In this document: positions 61,211 to 64,000 of the stretch, one piece after another
Numbering within the stretch: position 1 is the first letter of the stretch
Layout of the letters: each line of letters begins with the position of its first letter
DNA from: Glarea lozoyensis ATCC 20868
Lineage: Eukaryota
Assembly (NCBI GenBank): GCA_000409485.1
Contig: KE145371.1
Reading direction: 5' to 3' (one strand)
DNA: 64,000 nucleotides
Program-made: the position numbers and the translations under genes
The notes under the pieces: model-generated
What the model saw: only the letters and a program-made list of their open reading frames with translations
What the model was told of the DNA's origin: nothing
Database searches by the model: none

Positions 61211-61690
61211 GTACAAGAACCCCTGCGCGGTGCACGCTAAGATAAGGACGATATCACAACTTCACCCCTCCATCCTCAGATAGTGAAGTAGAGTTAGAGT
61301 GCTGCAAAATAAAGTTTCGAGTATGGCTACCATTTTCCTCCCCATATCTAGAGTCTAAAAATCGTAAAATTGAAAAATCGTCTTTATCACTTCGAGTTCT
61401 GCAGAAAAACCGGACCACTCCAACTCTCAATTACCTGCACAACACAAACTAAGCCTACCTTGTTAATTACTTGTCTGCCAGCGAGCAAGGATTGCATATG
61501 GTGAGGTTTACTTATTAAGGATTGAAGGACTTGGAACATTGGCGTGCCTATTGTACTCTACCAAGCTCGATGCATCGACCTAGGAAGAGGAGTTGGAAAT
61601 CTTTCGATTAAATTTGACTACTCAATTCCACCAAATGCCAGAGGGTATCAACCATCATACATCGTAAACAATGTCCCATCGCCACAAATT

Positions 61691-64000
61691 TCAGTTTCTA
61701 AATGTATGGCTTTTACCTGCTCTTTCCGTCTGCGCCCTCCTCATACCCTTCGGCGCGTCAGCACTCTTTGAATAAGGATCGAATGGTGCCTGTGGTTGCC
61801 CCCTTTTCCCCTTGCTTTTTCCGATGCTTTTTTCGTCCTTCCGTTTTGCATTTAATACAGGCTCGGCTTTGTTATAGTCGAAAGGTTCTTCTTCTTCTTC
61901 TTCTGGTCCCGATTCCTCCGTTTGAGCAGCCTTGGCGGCAGCCTTGGCCTCCTTTTTGGCTCTCTTCTCTGCTTTGCGCTGAGCTTTCCGCTCTTTCTTT
62001 GTTAGGCCATCGTCTCCAGTATCATTCTCTTCGAGGTCATTGAGTGATATGTCATATTCACCGCTGGCTTCTTCTTCTTCTTCGGCATTTTCGACGGCTT
62101 CGCTCTTCCGTTTCGAACCACGCTTGAGCACGAACGGCTCATCGAGTTTGTCCCTCGACACGACAGGAGACGTCGCCATCGAAGGGGCAGAGTCAAACTT
62201 CGGAACAGGAGGGTTGACGCCATTCGCAGCTCCAAATGCTTCGGATGATAGCTTCGGTAAGGGAACCGCAAGCCTCAAGTCTTGCGTTTTATCTAGCAAT
62301 TCTTCATCCCATATGCTGCTGCCAAACGCACCTCCCCAGAATGTGGAGTTTTCGGTTCTCAACTCATTGTCGTCGACCACTGCTACAATTTGCTCTGATG
62401 GAATCTGCGATTTAGCGGCAAGAGACGGAATACTCGCTTTAGCAATAGCACCCAGAGAGTCCGGGCGCAGTATGTCCATCATGCTTGGGCCTTCTTTTCC
62501 ATCAGCTTTAGCTTTATTGATAACTCCTAATAATTCTTCGGAACGAGACTTCACACTAAATGACACAGGATGGGCGACAGAGAGTAGAGCCACTACATCA
62601 TTCGGCAAGACCTTCGCAATGTTGAAGATTACGCGATTGGGCATGACGAAATTTGTACTGTCATCATCAGTGCGCGCAACCTGATCCCTCCATTCATGTA
62701 CTGCCTTGAACACAGCAAATTGCTCGTTGTTGAAAAGTGCTGGCGTTTTTACTAGGAGCGAATACCACCCACCGGGTCCTCTACCGCTCTCAGTGTTGTA
62801 TATTTGGCGCTCATAACGTAAGAGGGAAACCTCCTTCGATTTTTGAAGAGTGATTTCAATTTTGTTTTCCTCGGGAACTGCAGCGTTCGATTTCGCAACT
62901 AACTCATTCCGCATGTTATCGTAGATATATAGTAAATAGTGGGTGTCCGCTCTTGCATAATATAGCATTTCCTCTGGTAACGGCCTACGTAGTTTAGTAA
63001 AAAAACAGAAAATTAAGATCTCTAGAAGTCCTACCGTATTCGCCAGTCCGCCATTTGATATTTTTTGTCAGCATCAAAGTCAATGAATTTCTTTAGTAGA
63101 AACGCTAAGCTTCCTCCTTGGTAACCCAATGTTCGACTTGCGTGGTGAGTGTCAAATAGTCCAACGATGTAGAGACCAAGATCTCGTTGAAGCCAGACCA
63201 CATCCATGAATGCTCCATGAAAGACCTACTGGATTAGTACAAAAATATCAGTAGACATAGTGGGGGGTCGTAAATTACCTTCACAATTTTCGGGTCAGCA
63301 AAGACCTCATTCAGAATCTGAAGTTTGTGTCTCCAAGGCTTGAGCGTGTCTACTATCCAATCCTTCTCACGCGTACTTATCTGCATCAGCGATACCAGAC
63401 CGACATAGGTACGCGTGTCATGGTGCTCAAGATCAATAGCAATTTCACTAGCACCTTTGAGTTCACTCAACATTTCTAGGACACCCTCCTCAGTATCCAC
63501 ATATGTTGCAGAGGTGCCGTCAACAGGTTGGTAGGGTATAGGATCGGATTGCTGATAGACGAAGTCTGGATATTTAAGTTGAAGTATTTCAGTCTCGTAA
63601 GGATGCTTGTATCTAGAGCAGCGGTCAGTACCCATACAAAGCTATCGTTCAGCGGTATTCAGCATTTTCCACTTCTGCTAAAGCCGGAGGCAATCTGTTC
63701 TCTCTTTTGAAGACCTAGAGGGGGTCTCAAGGGCTTAAAAAACGAGGGCAGAGTAGGATGAGAAAAAAGGAAGGTATGGCCATACGATAATTGCTCCAAG
63801 TCATCTGTGACCGTATCTAGACTATCTTCAAGAGAGAGAATTGCATGTGGTTTTGAATTGAGAAGGGGCTTCCAGAGCGTAGCGTTGTGGTTGTCTGGCT
63901 TAAGGTCAAAGGCAAGTTGAGGCTTAACCAAATTTTGGGTCCGAAATGCATTGCCCAATGTCGAAGATCTCCCTTTCGAAGAATTCTGAATAATAGATTA
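61691..64000 (-). CDS. RRP6: Exosome-associated 3'-5' exonuclease Rrp6 (partial; 5' end outside the window)
   Basis: [54 protein letters not shown] domain [16 protein letters not shown]. Confidence 0.96.

Overview
This is a 64-kb window of a filamentous ascomycete genome: short GT-AG introns with CTRAY-type branch points, roughly one gene per 2.5 kb. Gene content and style suggest Pezizomycotina, possibly Leotiomycetes (inference only). About 26 protein-coding genes can be supported. The right two-thirds is mostly housekeeping: SHM2, GRC3, RPA34, RPT3, NSL1/Mis14-like, TRM10, MSH2, LST7/folliculin, DHH1, PRI1 and a partial RRP6, with a secreted lipase-like hydrolase, an O-fucosyltransferase-like gene and a small Cys-rich secreted protein inserted among them. 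The left 13 kb is accessory-like: a degenerate ~80-bp tandem array, a divergent Hsp70/HSPA12-like ATPase, an orphan membrane-anchored protein, an ankyrin protein, methylglutaconyl-CoA hydratase, a HET-domain gene and RTA1. I recognised no tRNA, rRNA, CRISPR array or intact transposon, and cannot demonstrate a new biological system. The best leads are a candidate structured RNA with an Sm-like site downstream of DHH1, an orphan protein with three 40-aa repeats, an effector-like gene whose two introns are both in-frame and stop-free, and the HET/Hsp70-like accessory neighbourhood. Exon boundaries were placed by eye and gene names come from motif recognition, not database searches.
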